A stretch of 64,000 nt of DNA from an uncultured Alphaproteobacteria bacterium (GCA_902563505.1 CACEXK010000002.1:2438-66437), one strand, 5' to 3'; shown: positions 41,340 through 52,046, counted from the stretch's first letter. Notes: generated from the sequence alone by a model not told the origin. Numbers and translations are program-made.

Positions 41340-44140
41340 AATCTTCAAATCCTGATCAACTCGTTTTAGTTGATGGCTCCGGATATATATTTAGAGCTTA
41401 TTATGCCTTACCTCCAATGTTCCGTTCTGATGGAATTCCGGTAAATGCAGTTTTTGGATTTTGTAATATGTTACTAAAATTAATTGAAGATATTCAAGAG
41501 GAAAAAGGGGGAAATGTTTCAATCGCGGTAATTTTTGATGCTGCAAGAGAGACCTTTAGAAATGAAATTTATTCCGAATATAAGGCTAACAGGTCAGAAC
41601 CTCCAGAAGATTTAAAACCTCAATTTGACATTATTAAAACTGTACCTGAAAGTTTTAATCTTCCATCTATTCAATCAGTTGGGTTTGAGGCTGATGATTT
41701 AATTGCCTCTTACTCAAAAGTCGCTTTAGAAAAAGGTAAAAAAGTAACTATTATATCTTCCGACAAGGATTTGATGCAGCTTTTGATTGGAGATATTTCA
41801 ATGATTGACCCCTTAAAAAAAAAAGAAATAAACAAAGACAGTGTATTTGAAAAATTCGGTGTTTTCCCGGAAAAAGTAATTGATGTTCAAGCACTGGCTG
41901 GTGACTCCTCAGATAATATACCTGGAATTCCGGGAATAGGCCCTAAAACAGCAGCACAATTGATAAATACATTTGGATCTGTGGAAAATTTATTAGAAAA
42001 TACAAGTGAAATTAAGCAAGAAAAGCGAAGAATATCAATAGAAGAAAATAAAGATTTAGCAATTATTTCCAAAAAGTTAGTGACTTTAAAGAATGATGTT
42101 CCTCTCCCGATACCAGTTGATGATTTAAATTTCAAACCTTTAGATATTGAAAAATTAATAAATTTTTTAGATAAAATGGAATTTAATAGAACCAAGGCAA
42201 ATGTTATTTCTAAATTTGGTAACTTAAAGAATCAAACTATAAAAATTGAGAATAAAAAACCAGATAGTAATAAAAAGAATCAATTAAAATCAGTTTTTTA
42301 TTTACCCAATCGAGAAAAAATTCAAACTTCAAAGTATCAACTTATTTCAAATGTTGATGAATTAAAGAAGTGGAGTGATGAAATAAATAAAATTGGGACT
42401 GTAGCTATCGACTGTGAAACAAACTCATTAAGTGCAGTTGATGCTCAGATAGTTGGTTTCTCGATGTCACTAGATAATAGTAAATCTTGTTATATTCCTC
42501 TTACTCATAATGATCAATCAGTAGAACAAATAAAACTTGATGATTTTATTACAATTGTAAAGAAATTTTTAGAGGATCCATCGATACTTAAAATAGGGCA
42601 AAATATAAAATACGATTTTATAATTTTAGCTAATTTAGGAATTATGATTAAAAACATTGATGATACAATGCTAATGTCTTATGTTTTGAAAACTGGGAAC
42701 AGAGGCCACAATCTTGATGAATTAGCATTGGATTATTTGTCTCATAGTACAATTAAGTTTACTGATGTAACTAATGTAAATAAAAAAAAAATTTCATTTC
42801 AAGATGTAGATATAAAATCAGCACTTAAGTATGCTGCCGAAGATTCAGATGTAACATACCGTTTATGGGAAATACTAAAAATTGAACTAATAAAGAATAA
42901 ACTATACGATTTTTATTTTTTTGTTGAGAAACCCTTGGTCGAAATTATTGCAGTCATGGAAATCAATGGTTGTAAAATTGATAATGAAGAATTAAGAAAT
43001 TTATCAAATTTATTTTCAAAGAAAATAGAAATCATTGAAAAAAAAATTTTCAAACTTTCAAGTGAGGAATTTAACATTGCATCCCCAAAGCAACTTGGTG
43101 AAATTCTTTTTTCAAAACTCAAAATGCCCTATGGTAAAAAAGGAAAAAGTGGAAATTTTCAAACGGATGTAAAAATTTTGGAGAAACTGAAATCTGAAAA
43201 ATATGAAATAGCTTCGTATATTTTGGAATGGAGACAATTTGCTAAACTTAAAAATACATATTGTGAGGGATTACTTTCTAGAGAAAGTAAAAAAACTAGA
43301 AGAATTCACACATCATTTGGAATGGCAAGCACGCTTACAGGTAGATTATCATCTAATGATCCAAACTTACAAAACATACCGATTAAAACACCAGAAGGTA
43401 GGCAAATAAGAAAAGCATTTATTTCAAAAGATGGATTTAAAATAGTTTCAGTGGATTACTCTCAAATTGAATTGAGAATTTTAGCTCATGTTGCAAATAT
43501 CTCCTCTTTAATTAATGCGTTCAAGGAAAATAAGGACATTCATAGTGTCACAGCAATGGAGGTGTTTCAGGTTAAAAAGGAAAATTTGACCAACGAACTA
43601 AGAAGGAGAGCTAAAATAATTAATTTTGGAATTATTTATGGGATATCCCCATATGGACTGGCACTACAACTTGAAATTAGCAATTCAGATGCAAAAAGTT
43701 ATATCGATAGCTATTTTCTCAAATATCCAGGAATAAAAGATTATATGAAACTAACTGTATCAAAATGTAGAAGTGACGGTTTTGTAATGACACCATTTGG
43801 AAGAAGAATTTTCATTCCATTTATAAATGATAAAATTGCTTCAAGAAGAAATTTTGCAGAAAGATCGTCAATTAATGCACCAATTCAAGGCGGAGCAGCT
43901 GATATGATAAAAATAGTAATGCCAAAAATATATCAATTTCTCAAAGGGGAGGGATTAAAGACAAAGATGCTGATTCAAGTTCATGATGAACTAATTTTTG
44001 AAGTACCTGATGATGAGATTGAAATAATAAAAAAAAATGTTCCAAGAATAATGATTAATTCTCCTCAAAAGTTTTTAGATATGAAAGTGCCAATAAAAGT
44101 TGATTTAGGTATTGGTGAAAATTGGGATGAAGCTCACTAG
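41336..44140 (+). CDS. polA: DNA polymerase I
   Basis: LVDGSGYIFRAYYA, GDSSDNIPG, DCET, TGRLSS.DPNLQNIP, DYSQIELR, QVHDEL. Confidence 0.99.
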   Translation: MKSSNPDQLVLVDGSGYIFRAYYALPPMFRSDGIPVNAVFGFCNMLLKLIEDIQEEKGGNVSIAVIFDAARETFRNEIYSEYKANRSEPPEDLKPQFDIIKTVPESFNLPSIQSVGFEADDLIASYSKVALEKGKKVTIISSDKDLMQLLIGDISMIDPLKKKEINKDSVFEKFGVFPEKVIDVQALAGDSSDNIPGIPGIGPKTAAQLINTFGSVENLLENTSEIKQEKRRISIEENKDLAIISKKLVTLKNDVPLPIPVDDLNFKPLDIEKLINFLDKMEFNRTKANVISKFGNLKNQTIKIENKKPDSNKKNQLKSVFYLPNREKIQTSKYQLISNVDELKKWSDEINKIGTVAIDCETNSLSAVDAQIVGFSMSLDNSKSCYIPLTHNDQSVEQIKLDDFITIVKKFLEDPSILKIGQNIKYDFIILANLGIMIKNIDDTMLMSYVLKTGNRGHNLDELALDYLSHSTIKFTDVTNVNKKKISFQDVDIKSALKYAAEDSDVTYRLWEILKIELIKNKLYDFYFFVEKPLVEIIAVMEINGCKIDNEELRNLSNLFSKKIEIIEKKIFKLSSEEFNIASPKQLGEILFSKLKMPYGKKGKSGNFQTDVKILEKLKSEKYEIASYILEWRQFAKLKNTYCEGLLSRESKKTRRIHTSFGMASTLTGRLSSNDPNLQNIPIKTPEGRQIRKAFISKDGFKIVSVDYSQIELRILAHVANISSLINAFKENKDIHSVTAMEVFQVKKENLTNELRRRAKIINFGIIYGISPYGLALQLEISNSDAKSYIDSYFLKYPGIKDYMKLTVSKCRSDGFVMTPFGRRIFIPFINDKIASRRNFAERSSINAPIQGGAADMIKIVMPKIYQFLKGEGLKTKMLIQVHDELIFEVPDDEIEIIKKNVPRIMINSPQKFLDMKVPIKVDLGIGENWDEAH

Positions 44141-44937
44141 ATTTTTGATGCAATTTTATGAAGATTAACAAAAATAGCCCTTAATTTTTTAGCATCATTT
44201 ATTTCTTTTTTAAAAAAATATCTAACTAATAAATTCTTTTTTCTGGCATCAAATCCATCAGGATCTACCCCAACGATTTTCCAATTTCCACTTTTATTTT
44301 TTTTTTCAAAATTATTTTTAACTAGTTTGGTTACATACAGGTTTATACTTTTTTGGTGGGATTGATTCATGTGTTCAATTATATTTTTCTCAGAATCCTT
44401 GAAGTTTAAAAAACTACTACAACAAAGATCATTTTTACTAAACCATTTCACTTGAGCAAAGCCACCAATTAAATGAGCACTCTTAATACTTATTTTGAAA
44501 ATATTCATATCTGAGAAATTTGCATAAAGTTGAGATGCTGGATGTCTCATTAAAAATCTTTGTTTTAAATTTTTATCATTTGATTTATTTATTTCACCAA
44601 TTATTGTCACTCTGGGTCTAGACATTGGATCTTCATAATCAATCCCTGGGAACTTATTTTTAAATTGAGGAAAATACTCATAGAGCTTATTTTCCTCACA
44701 AACCATCAAAGAAACTCTCTTATTTTTTAAAATATTTTTTGTGTGTTCAGATAAATTTGATAACAAGAGTATAGGAGATAAATCATAATCGAAAGCGGTA
44801 AGTGTATAGGTCGAGTATGGGAAAGAATTTTTCATCAGGGAGTTTTTTTTTGCAAAATTTTTAGGATCAAATAGTGTTGAAAGATATCCTTTTGAGGATG
44901 ATCTAATCAATTGTCTTGTTATAAAATTAATTTTCAT
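44137..44937 (-). CDS. HugZ-like split-barrel protein (pyridoxamine-oxidase-like fold + DUF2470), putative heme/flavin-binding
   Basis: LSTL...PY, LS.LSEHT.N, RVT..G, RHP...YA.F.D, GGF, HMN..H, GVDPDGFD. Confidence 0.8.
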   Translation of the reverse strand: MKINFITRQLIRSSSKGYLSTLFDPKNFAKKNSLMKNSFPYSTYTLTAFDYDLSPILLLSNLSEHTKNILKNKRVSLMVCEENKLYEYFPQFKNKFPGIDYEDPMSRPRVTIIGEINKSNDKNLKQRFLMRHPASQLYANFSDMNIFKISIKSAHLIGGFAQVKWFSKNDLCCSSFLNFKDSEKNIIEHMNQSHQKSINLYVTKLVKNNFEKKNKSGNWKIVGVDPDGFDARKKNLLVRYFFKKEINDAKKLRAIFVNLHKIASKI

Positions 44938-44948
44938 ATATTTATAAA

Positions 44949-44976
44949 AGTATAATTAATCTGTAGTAGTTATCAA
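44949..44976. promoter_or_regulatory. candidate bidirectional promoter between hugZ-like and PCuAC genes
   Basis: minus strand TTGATA-16 nt-TATACT; plus strand TATAAT (44951-56) overlaps the same -10 region. Confidence 0.4.
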
Positions 44977-45456
44977 ATGATCACTAAATTAAAAAAATTC
45001 AAATGCCTTTTTATTTTTTTTTTGTCAATAAGTTTATTTTCTCCAATAAATTTATCATCAGACCAAAGATTAAATCTTTTACTTCATGGTGGATATGCAT
45101 TTGAATCTCTAGGAAATCAAAATAATACTGCAGTTTATATAAGTATTTTTAATAATTCTGACAAAGATATTGTAATTAAAGAAATTTTAACCGATATTGC
45201 AGAAAAAGCGGAAATCCATGAAATGAGATTTGTTAATGATGTGATGCAAATGAGAATGGTTAAAAATCTTATTATAAAAAGAAAGAGTGAATTATACCTT
45301 CAACCAGGAGGAAAACATATAATGCTGATGGGTTTAAAAAAAAAAATTATTGATGGTGAAAATTTTAGTCTTAAATTTCGCCTTGATAATGAAGAATTAA
45401 TAGAATCAAAGGTAATGGTCCTTAGTAATAAATTGAGAGAAAATCTTATAAATTGA
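44977..45456 (+). CDS. periplasmic copper chaperone PCu(A)C
   Basis: signal peptide; AEIHEM....VMQMR, LQPGGKHIMLMGL. Confidence 0.92.
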   Translation: MITKLKKFKCLFIFFLSISLFSPINLSSDQRLNLLLHGGYAFESLGNQNNTAVYISIFNNSDKDIVIKEILTDIAEKAEIHEMRFVNDVMQMRMVKNLIIKRKSELYLQPGGKHIMLMGLKKKIIDGENFSLKFRLDNEELIESKVMVLSNKLRENLIN

Positions 45457-45460
45457 ATTA

Positions 45461-45886
45461 ATGAAATCAAAGAAATTTCATTCAACATCTGTCGTAATTG
45501 AAGATTGCGGAATAATGATTGTTGGTGACTCTGGATGTGGTAAATCAGATTTAGCGTTAAGATTAATTGATAGTGGAGCAACATTGATATCAGATGATGT
45601 TACTATATGTAAAAAAAGAATAAATGGGATTTTTCTTTATTCTCCAAAAGAAACCAAAGGTTTGCTTGAAGTAAGGGAAATTGGTATAATTACGGTTCCT
45701 TTTATAGAGAATGTAAAATTAAGTTTGCTTGTTGAATTGATAGATAAAGAAGGGGAAAGAATGCCAGAAAAGAAAAAAAAAATATTATTAGGTGTAAAAA
45801 TCCCCAAAATTCAAATATTTGGTAAGAATCCATCTTCAGTAGCAAAGGTTAAATTTAAACTTAATGAAGTCAGAGAAATTAGTTAA
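45461..45886 (+). CDS. hprK: HPr kinase/phosphorylase (short alphaproteobacterial form)
   Basis: H.TSV, GDSGCGKSDLALRLI, LISDD, GLLEVR.IGI. Confidence 0.9.
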   Translation: MKSKKFHSTSVVIEDCGIMIVGDSGCGKSDLALRLIDSGATLISDDVTICKKRINGIFLYSPKETKGLLEVREIGIITVPFIENVKLSLLVELIDKEGERMPEKKKKILLGVKIPKIQIFGKNPSSVAKVKFKLNEVREIS

Positions 45887-46724
45887 AAAAATTTTTATAA
45901 TAACCGGCCTCTCTGGAGCAGGCAGAAGTTCAGGCTTAAAAATTTTGGAAGATTTTGGATTTGAAGCTATTGATAATCTTCCTGTTTTTTTACTTTCCAA
46001 TATACTTGAAGCAAAAATTAAAAATAATTTAGCTGTTGGTATTGATATTAGAAGTAGGGATTTTAATGCACGAAAGATCGCAAAACTCTTAATAAATAAA
46101 AAAAAAAAAATTAATCTTTCATTAGTTTTTTTTGATTGTGAAACATTAAGTCTGATAAATAGATATAAAGAAAGTAGAAGGATTCATCCATTGAAGCTTG
46201 ATTTACCTATGATTGATATAATTGATAGAGAAAGAATTTGGCTTGAACCACTAAAAAAAGTCAGTGATTTTTATATTAATACAACTGATTTACCTGTAAA
46301 TTTTTTGAGAAAGAAAATAAGAACACTTTTTGGAGTTGAAAAAAATTTCACAACAACAGTCAGAATAATTACATTTGGATATAAAAATGGATTGCCAAGA
46401 GAGTCAGATCTAGTATTTGACATGAGATTTTTAAAGAATCCATTTTATGTAAGGAAATTAAAAAATCTAAATGGAAAGGATAAGGAAATAGTAAAATACA
46501 TAACTGATCAGAATCAATTTAGATATTTTTTTGATACCATTTCAGAATTATTTGATAATATATTAAGTGGATTTAAGGAGGAGGGTAAAGATTATATCAC
46601 CATTGCCTTTGGTTGCACGGGAGGAGTTCATAGATCAGTAGTATGTGGTGATTTATTTTTTAATTTCTTGAAAGAAAATAATAAAATAGATGTTTTTATT
46701 GATCACAGGGATATAGAAAAATGA
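45864..46724 (+). CDS. rapZ: RNase adapter / nucleotide-binding protein RapZ (YvcJ)
   Basis: ITGLSGAGRS, DNLP, RR.HPL, FGYKNG.P, DMRFL.NP, GCTGG.HRSV. Confidence 0.93.
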   Translation: MKSEKLVKKIFIITGLSGAGRSSGLKILEDFGFEAIDNLPVFLLSNILEAKIKNNLAVGIDIRSRDFNARKIAKLLINKKKKINLSLVFFDCETLSLINRYKESRRIHPLKLDLPMIDIIDRERIWLEPLKKVSDFYINTTDLPVNFLRKKIRTLFGVEKNFTTTVRIITFGYKNGLPRESDLVFDMRFLKNPFYVRKLKNLNGKDKEIVKYITDQNQFRYFFDTISELFDNILSGFKEEGKDYITIAFGCTGGVHRSVVCGDLFFNFLKENNKIDVFIDHRDIEK

Positions 46725-47143
46725 TAGGAATATTAATTGTAAGTCATTCAAATATAGCTAAAGAGTTTTTGAAAGTAATTGAACACATTGTAGGTAAACA
46801 AGAGTCTATGAAAGCTATTTCAATTTTTCCTGATGACAATGTCGAAAAGAAAAGAAAAGAAATAATCAGTTCTATAAAAGACTTAAACCAGGGTAAAGGG
46901 GTTATAATTCTAACTGATATGTTTGGTGGAACACCCTCAAATCTTGCAATATCTGTCATGGAAGAAGAAAAGGTTGAAGTTGTAGCTGGGGTAAATTTAC
47001 CTATGCTAATTAAAATTTCTTCATTAAGAGGTGAGTGTAATATTAAAGACTTGATAAAAATATCTCAGGAATCTGGTAGAAAATATATGAATGTTGCTTC
47101 AGCATTTTTTGGAGAATCAAAAAATTGCAAGAAAAAAAATTAG
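46721..47143 (+). CDS. PTS EIIA component, mannose/fructose type (ManX-like)
   Basis: MIGILIVSH, LTDMFGGTPSNLA, GVNLPML. Confidence 0.93.
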   Translation: MIGILIVSHSNIAKEFLKVIEHIVGKQESMKAISIFPDDNVEKKRKEIISSIKDLNQGKGVIILTDMFGGTPSNLAISVMEEEKVEVVAGVNLPMLIKISSLRGECNIKDLIKISQESGRKYMNVASAFFGESKNCKKKN

Positions 47144-49185
47144 AAAAAAAAATTCTTATAACTAATAGACTCGGCTTACATGCAAGGGCTTCAGCTAAAT
47201 TTGTTGAATTAACATCAAAATGTAAATCAAAATTTGTCATAAAAAAAGGCAACAAGTCTGTTAATGGTTCTTCTTTATTAGGATTGATGACATTGGCTGC
47301 ATCCAAAGGAACAGAAATTATAATACAATGCTTTGGAAAGAATGCGGAAAATGATTTGGGAAAATTGGCGGATTTAATAAAAAATAATTTTGGGGAGGAA
47401 AAACCTCTATTACAAAATAATCCAAAAGAAAAAATCTACAAAGGTATAGGTGTGTCATATGGATATGCAATTGGAAATTGTTTAATAAAACAAAGTACAG
47501 ATATTCCATATTCAAAATATAACATCCCAATTATACAGGTTAAAAAAGAAATTATAAGATTGGAAAAAGCTGTAAAAAATTCTTCAGCAGATATCATTAA
47601 AATAATTAAAAAAATTAAAAATTCAAAGAATGATATTTATAAAGAAATGAAGTTTATGTTGGAAGCCAACATGTCAATTATACAATCATCATCATTAATA
47701 ACAGATGCAAAAAAAAGAATTAAGTCAGATTTGATTAATGCCGAGTTGGCAATTACTGAGGAACTAAATAAGCATTCAAAAATTTTTAAAAAAATTAAAG
47801 ATGATTACCTAAAAGATAGATTTGATGATGTGAGGGATGCTTGCAGAAGAATATTAGAAAATCTTCAAAAAAAAAAAAGGAAACAAAATAGGTTTAAAGA
47901 TAATCAGATTTTGATTTCATCAGAATTAAGTCCAGCAGACTTGCTTGCGGATTCCAAAATTAAAGTCTCTGGTTTAGTAAGTGTATTTGGAGGGCCAGAA
48001 GGACATTTTGCTATAGTTGCAAGATCCCTATCAATTCCTACTGTAGTTGGAATTAAGAATGTATTAAAAGAATTAAATGATAATGAGAAAATTGTTTTAG
48101 ATGGTGAAAAAGGGCTACTTATTAAAAACCCCAATGTATCAACTATTAATTTGTACAAAAAAAAAATTGAGGAACAAAAAAATCAAGATAAAAAACTAAA
48201 TTATCTAAAAACAATTTTCCCATCAACCTCAGATGGGGTAAAGGTTAGAATTGAAGCAAATATAGACAATGTTGATGAAGCAAAGGAATCAATTAAGAGA
48301 GGTGTAGACGGTATTGGTTTATTTAGAAGCGAATATCTTTTTCTTAATAAAAAAAGAATGCCATCTGAAAATGAGCAATTTGAGTATCTGAAAAAAACAT
48401 TAAAATATTTAAAAGGCAAACCTTTAACTATACGAACATTAGATGTGGGAAATGATAAGAAAATCCCATCAATAGAAAAATTTTTACCAAAATCCCCAAA
48501 TCCAGCGTTAGGATTAAGAGCGATTAGACTCACGCTAGCATTTCCAAAGATTTTCAAAAGACAAATAGCTGCTATTCATAGAGCAAGTAATTATGGGAAT
48601 GTAAGAATAATGTTGCCAATGGTATCAAATGTCTCTGAATTAATGGAAGCCAAAAGATTAATAGAGGAAGTTAGGTCGGATTTGGTGAAAAGAAAAGTTA
48701 AAATCCCCAAGTCAAATTTGAAATTAGGTGTATTAATAGAAACACCAGCAGCAGCTTTAATTTCAGAATCACTTGCTAAACATTGTGATTTCTTAGCAAT
48801 TGGAACAAATGATCTGACGATGTATACATTAGCGATTGACAGAGGTGATGAGGAAGTTGCAAAAATTTATGACCCGGCACATTTGTCAGTTTTAAAATTA
48901 ATAAAACTATCTGCAAACTCAGCAAAAAAATTAAATATCCCTATTAGTCTTTGTGGAGAAATGGCAGGTGATACAATGTTTACATCGATTCTTTTAGGAA
49001 TGGGATTAAGGACATTATCAATGAGTTTATCTCGAATACTTAAAGTGAAACAATTTGTTGGTGAAGTAAATTCAAAGGAAGTAAAAAAAATTTCAGATGA
49101 AATTTTGAATCAAGATGATAATGTTCAAATTAAATTAAGATTAAGATCTTATTATGAAAAAATTAATAACCAAATAATGAAATAA
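47125..49185 (+). CDS. HPr - phosphoenolpyruvate-protein phosphotransferase (Enzyme I) fusion
   Basis: N-terminal HPr (GLHARAS, SLLGLMTLAA) joined in frame to EI (GGPEGH.AIVAR, GIGLFRSE, NPALGLRAIR, IGTNDL, CGEMAG); TTG start. Confidence 0.9.
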   Translation: MQEKKLEKKILITNRLGLHARASAKFVELTSKCKSKFVIKKGNKSVNGSSLLGLMTLAASKGTEIIIQCFGKNAENDLGKLADLIKNNFGEEKPLLQNNPKEKIYKGIGVSYGYAIGNCLIKQSTDIPYSKYNIPIIQVKKEIIRLEKAVKNSSADIIKIIKKIKNSKNDIYKEMKFMLEANMSIIQSSSLITDAKKRIKSDLINAELAITEELNKHSKIFKKIKDDYLKDRFDDVRDACRRILENLQKKKRKQNRFKDNQILISSELSPADLLADSKIKVSGLVSVFGGPEGHFAIVARSLSIPTVVGIKNVLKELNDNEKIVLDGEKGLLIKNPNVSTINLYKKKIEEQKNQDKKLNYLKTIFPSTSDGVKVRIEANIDNVDEAKESIKRGVDGIGLFRSEYLFLNKKRMPSENEQFEYLKKTLKYLKGKPLTIRTLDVGNDKKIPSIEKFLPKSPNPALGLRAIRLTLAFPKIFKRQIAAIHRASNYGNVRIMLPMVSNVSELMEAKRLIEEVRSDLVKRKVKIPKSNLKLGVLIETPAAALISESLAKHCDFLAIGTNDLTMYTLAIDRGDEEVAKIYDPAHLSVLKLIKLSANSAKKLNIPISLCGEMAGDTMFTSILLGMGLRTLSMSLSRILKVKQFVGEVNSKEVKKISDEILNQDDNVQIKLRLRSYYEKINNQIMK

Positions 49186-49216
49186 ATTAAATTAAATTAA
49201 ATACAAAAGAGAAAAT

Positions 49217-50503
49217 ATGGATGATTTTAAAGTAAAAGATATAAAACTCGCTGAGTGGGGTAGAAAAGAAATTGAGATTGCAGAAACAGAGATGCCTGGT
49301 CTCATGAAATTAAGACAAGAGTATGGTGATTCTAAACCATTGAGCGGTGCTAGAATTGCTGGTTGTCTTCATATGACTATACAAACTGCGGTATTAATCG
49401 AAACACTTATTGAGTTGGGAGCATCTTTGAGGTGGAGTTCTTGTAATATCTATTCTACTCAGGACCAGGCAGCTGCAGCAATCGCTCAAAAAAATATACC
49501 AGTTTTTGCTTGGAAAGGTGAAACGGAAGAAGAATTCTGGTGGTGTATTGAACAAACAATCAATGGTCCAAAAAATTGGAAACCAAATTTGATATTAGAT
49601 GATGGTGGAGATTTAACAAAACTTCTTCATGAAAAATACCCTGACTACTTGAAAGAAATTAAAGGATTGTCAGAGGAGACCACGACAGGTGTTTTAAGAT
49701 TAATAGAAATGGAACGAGAGGGTTCACTTATGGTACCTGCTATAAATGTTAATGATTCTGTTACAAAATCAAAATTTGATAATAAATATGGTTGCAGAGA
49801 GAGTTTAGTGGATGGAATTAGAAGAGCAACTGATGTCATGATGGCAGGAAAAGTTGCAGTCGTTGCAGGATATGGTGATGTTGGTAAGGGATCCGCTGAT
49901 AGCCTAAAAAATGCTGGTTGTAGAGTTTTGGTTACCGAAGTTGACCCAATTTGTGCGCTACAAGCGGCAATGGATGGTTATGAGGTAACAACAATGGAAA
50001 ATGCAGCTGAAAGAGCAGATATTTTTGTGACAGCGACAGGAAACATTGATGTGATAACAATTGATCACATGAGAGTAATGAAAGACAGAAGTATTGTTTG
50101 TAACATAGGTCATTTTGATTCCGAGATTCAAATTAATGCATTAAAAAATTTTAAATGGAATAATATTAAACCCCAAGTAGATGAAATTGAATTTCCAGAT
50201 GGGAAAAAAGTCATAATTTTAGCAGAAGGAAGGTTGGTGAACCTAGGTTGTGCAACAGGTCACCCAAGTTTTGTGATGTCAGCTTCATTTAGCAATCAAG
50301 TTTTGGCGCAAATAGAGTTATGGAAAAATTTCTCAAAATATAAAAATAAAGTCTATGTTTTGCCAAAGCATCTTGATGAGAAAGTTGCAAAAATTCATTT
50401 AGAAAAGATTGGAGCCAAACTTACAGATTTAACTGACGAGCAGGGAAAATATATTAATGTTCCAGTGGGTGGTCCTTTCAAAAATGACGAATATAGATAT
50501 TAA
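49217..50503 (+). CDS. ahcY: adenosylhomocysteinase
   Basis: [57 protein letters not shown]. Confidence 0.99.
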   Translation: MDDFKVKDIKLAEWGRKEIEIAETEMPGLMKLRQEYGDSKPLSGARIAGCLHMTIQTAVLIETLIELGASLRWSSCNIYSTQDQAAAAIAQKNIPVFAWKGETEEEFWWCIEQTINGPKNWKPNLILDDGGDLTKLLHEKYPDYLKEIKGLSEETTTGVLRLIEMEREGSLMVPAINVNDSVTKSKFDNKYGCRESLVDGIRRATDVMMAGKVAVVAGYGDVGKGSADSLKNAGCRVLVTEVDPICALQAAMDGYEVTTMENAAERADIFVTATGNIDVITIDHMRVMKDRSIVCNIGHFDSEIQINALKNFKWNNIKPQVDEIEFPDGKKVIILAEGRLVNLGCATGHPSFVMSASFSNQVLAQIELWKNFSKYKNKVYVLPKHLDEKVAKIHLEKIGAKLTDLTDEQGKYINVPVGGPFKNDEYRY

Positions 50504-50504
50504 G

Positions 50505-51515
50505 TTACTTTAGACCTGCAACTCCTTTAGTTGTTGAATACTCGAAATGAAGTACTTTATTTGGGAAAACTCTTTTAAAACAGTCGTGGGCAGCAATAGC
50601 TGCCTCAGAAAAGCCGGTCAAAATTAGTTTGAGTTTTCCTGGATAGGTGCAAATATCACCAATAGCATAAATTCCCTCTGTTGAGGTTTTGCAAGTTGAT
50701 TGGTCAACTTTCAGGATATTTTTTTCCATTTGCAACTCCCATTCTTTTATAGGTCCCAGCTCTGTTGAGAGGCCAAAAAAAGGAAGAAAGTAATCAATCT
50801 CAATTTTCTTTTTTTTATCATCAAGGTCTTTTAAAATTAATTTGTCAATAACTCCATTTTCTCCAATGATTGAATCAAGTTGAAATGGAATAACTAATTC
50901 AAGTTTTTGTCCTACAAGTTTGCGTAGCTTTTTGACATTGCTGGGTGCAGCTCTTAATTTTTCTCTTCTATGGATAAAAAAAATTTTTTTTGCAGTAGAT
51001 AATAATTCTAGAGCCCAATCAACTGCTGAATCGCCACCTCCGGCTATTGCAATAATTTTATTTTCAAACATAGATTTTTTTTTTATATGATAAAAAATTG
51101 ACTTATTTTCAAATTTTTCTATGTTCTCAATAGGAGGCCTGTTTGGCCCAAAAGAACCGTTACCAGCAGCTATCAATATACATTTTGCATTAATTATATT
51201 ATTTTTAGAAGTTGTTATATTAAACGAACCAATTTCCTCAGAAATTTTTTCTACTTTTTGGTTTAAAAAAAAATTTGGTCTGAAAGGCTTTATTTGATTC
51301 TTCAAATTTATAATTAATTCTTCGGCTTTTATTTCTGGATAAGCCGGTATGTCATAGATTGGTTTTTCTGGATAAAGTGCTATGCATTGCCCTCCAATTT
51401 CATCCAGACAATCTACCACACAAGATTTTATTCCAAGCTGTCCCAATTCAAAAACTGCAAACAATCCGACTGGACCGGCACCGACAATGAGAACATCAGT
51501 TTTAATTTTTTTCAT
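50505..51515 (-). CDS. thioredoxin-reductase-like ferredoxin--NADP+ reductase (YumC type)
   Basis: GAGPVGLF, LYPEKPIYDIP, GGGDSAVDWA, YPGKLKLI..GF.EAA; no CxxC. Confidence 0.9.
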   Translation of the reverse strand: MKKIKTDVLIVGAGPVGLFAVFELGQLGIKSCVVDCLDEIGGQCIALYPEKPIYDIPAYPEIKAEELIINLKNQIKPFRPNFFLNQKVEKISEEIGSFNITTSKNNIINAKCILIAAGNGSFGPNRPPIENIEKFENKSIFYHIKKKSMFENKIIAIAGGGDSAVDWALELLSTAKKIFFIHRREKLRAAPSNVKKLRKLVGQKLELVIPFQLDSIIGENGVIDKLILKDLDDKKKKIEIDYFLPFFGLSTELGPIKEWELQMEKNILKVDQSTCKTSTEGIYAIGDICTYPGKLKLILTGFSEAAIAAHDCFKRVFPNKVLHFEYSTTKGVAGLK

Positions 51516-51578
51516 TTTTTTCTAATTTAATTTAATACAATAACATTTAATACATTAATATTAGTATATTAAAAAAAA

Positions 51579-52046
51579 ATGAAAGAAGAATTTAACATTG
51601 TTTTAAATAATATTAATCAAACTAGAATTTTTGCTAAAAATATTTCTAAGTTCCTAGAATCATCGATGATTCTCTGTCTGTACGGAGATGTTGGTACAGG
51701 AAAAACTACTTTTTGTCGATTTTTGATAAATTCTTTATCAAAAAAAAAAATTAAAGTTTTAAGCCCAACCTTTCCAATTCTTCAGATTTATGAATTAGAA
51801 AAATTAAAAATTTGGCATTACGATTTTTATAGATTAAATAATAAAAATGAGATTTTAAATCTTGATTTTGATCTTGCAAAGAATGATTGTGTTTTAATAG
51901 AGTGGCCTAAATTAGTAGAAAATCTTCTCCCAAAGGATAGAATTATAATTAGATTTTTTGATGGTGATTGTTCTTTAAGTAGAAAAATCAGTATAATGTT
52001 TTGTGGAAGATTTAAAAAATTGAGGAAAAAATTTGTATTCAATTGA
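51579..52046 (+). CDS. tsaE: t6A37 biosynthesis ATPase TsaE
   Basis: LYGDVGTGKTTF.R, SPTF, HYDFYRL, LIEWP. Confidence 0.95.
   Translation: MKEEFNIVLNNINQTRIFAKNISKFLESSMILCLYGDVGTGKTTFCRFLINSLSKKKIKVLSPTFPILQIYELEKLKIWHYDFYRLNNKNEILNLDFDLAKNDCVLIEWPKLVENLLPKDRIIIRFFDGDCSLSRKISIMFCGRFKKLRKKFVFN

Noticed and set aside
49186-49216. SAM/SAH riboswitch before ahcY and a short (AATTA)n repeat
   Set aside because: Gap is only 31 nt, almost all A/T, with no riboswitch core; the repeat is low-complexity
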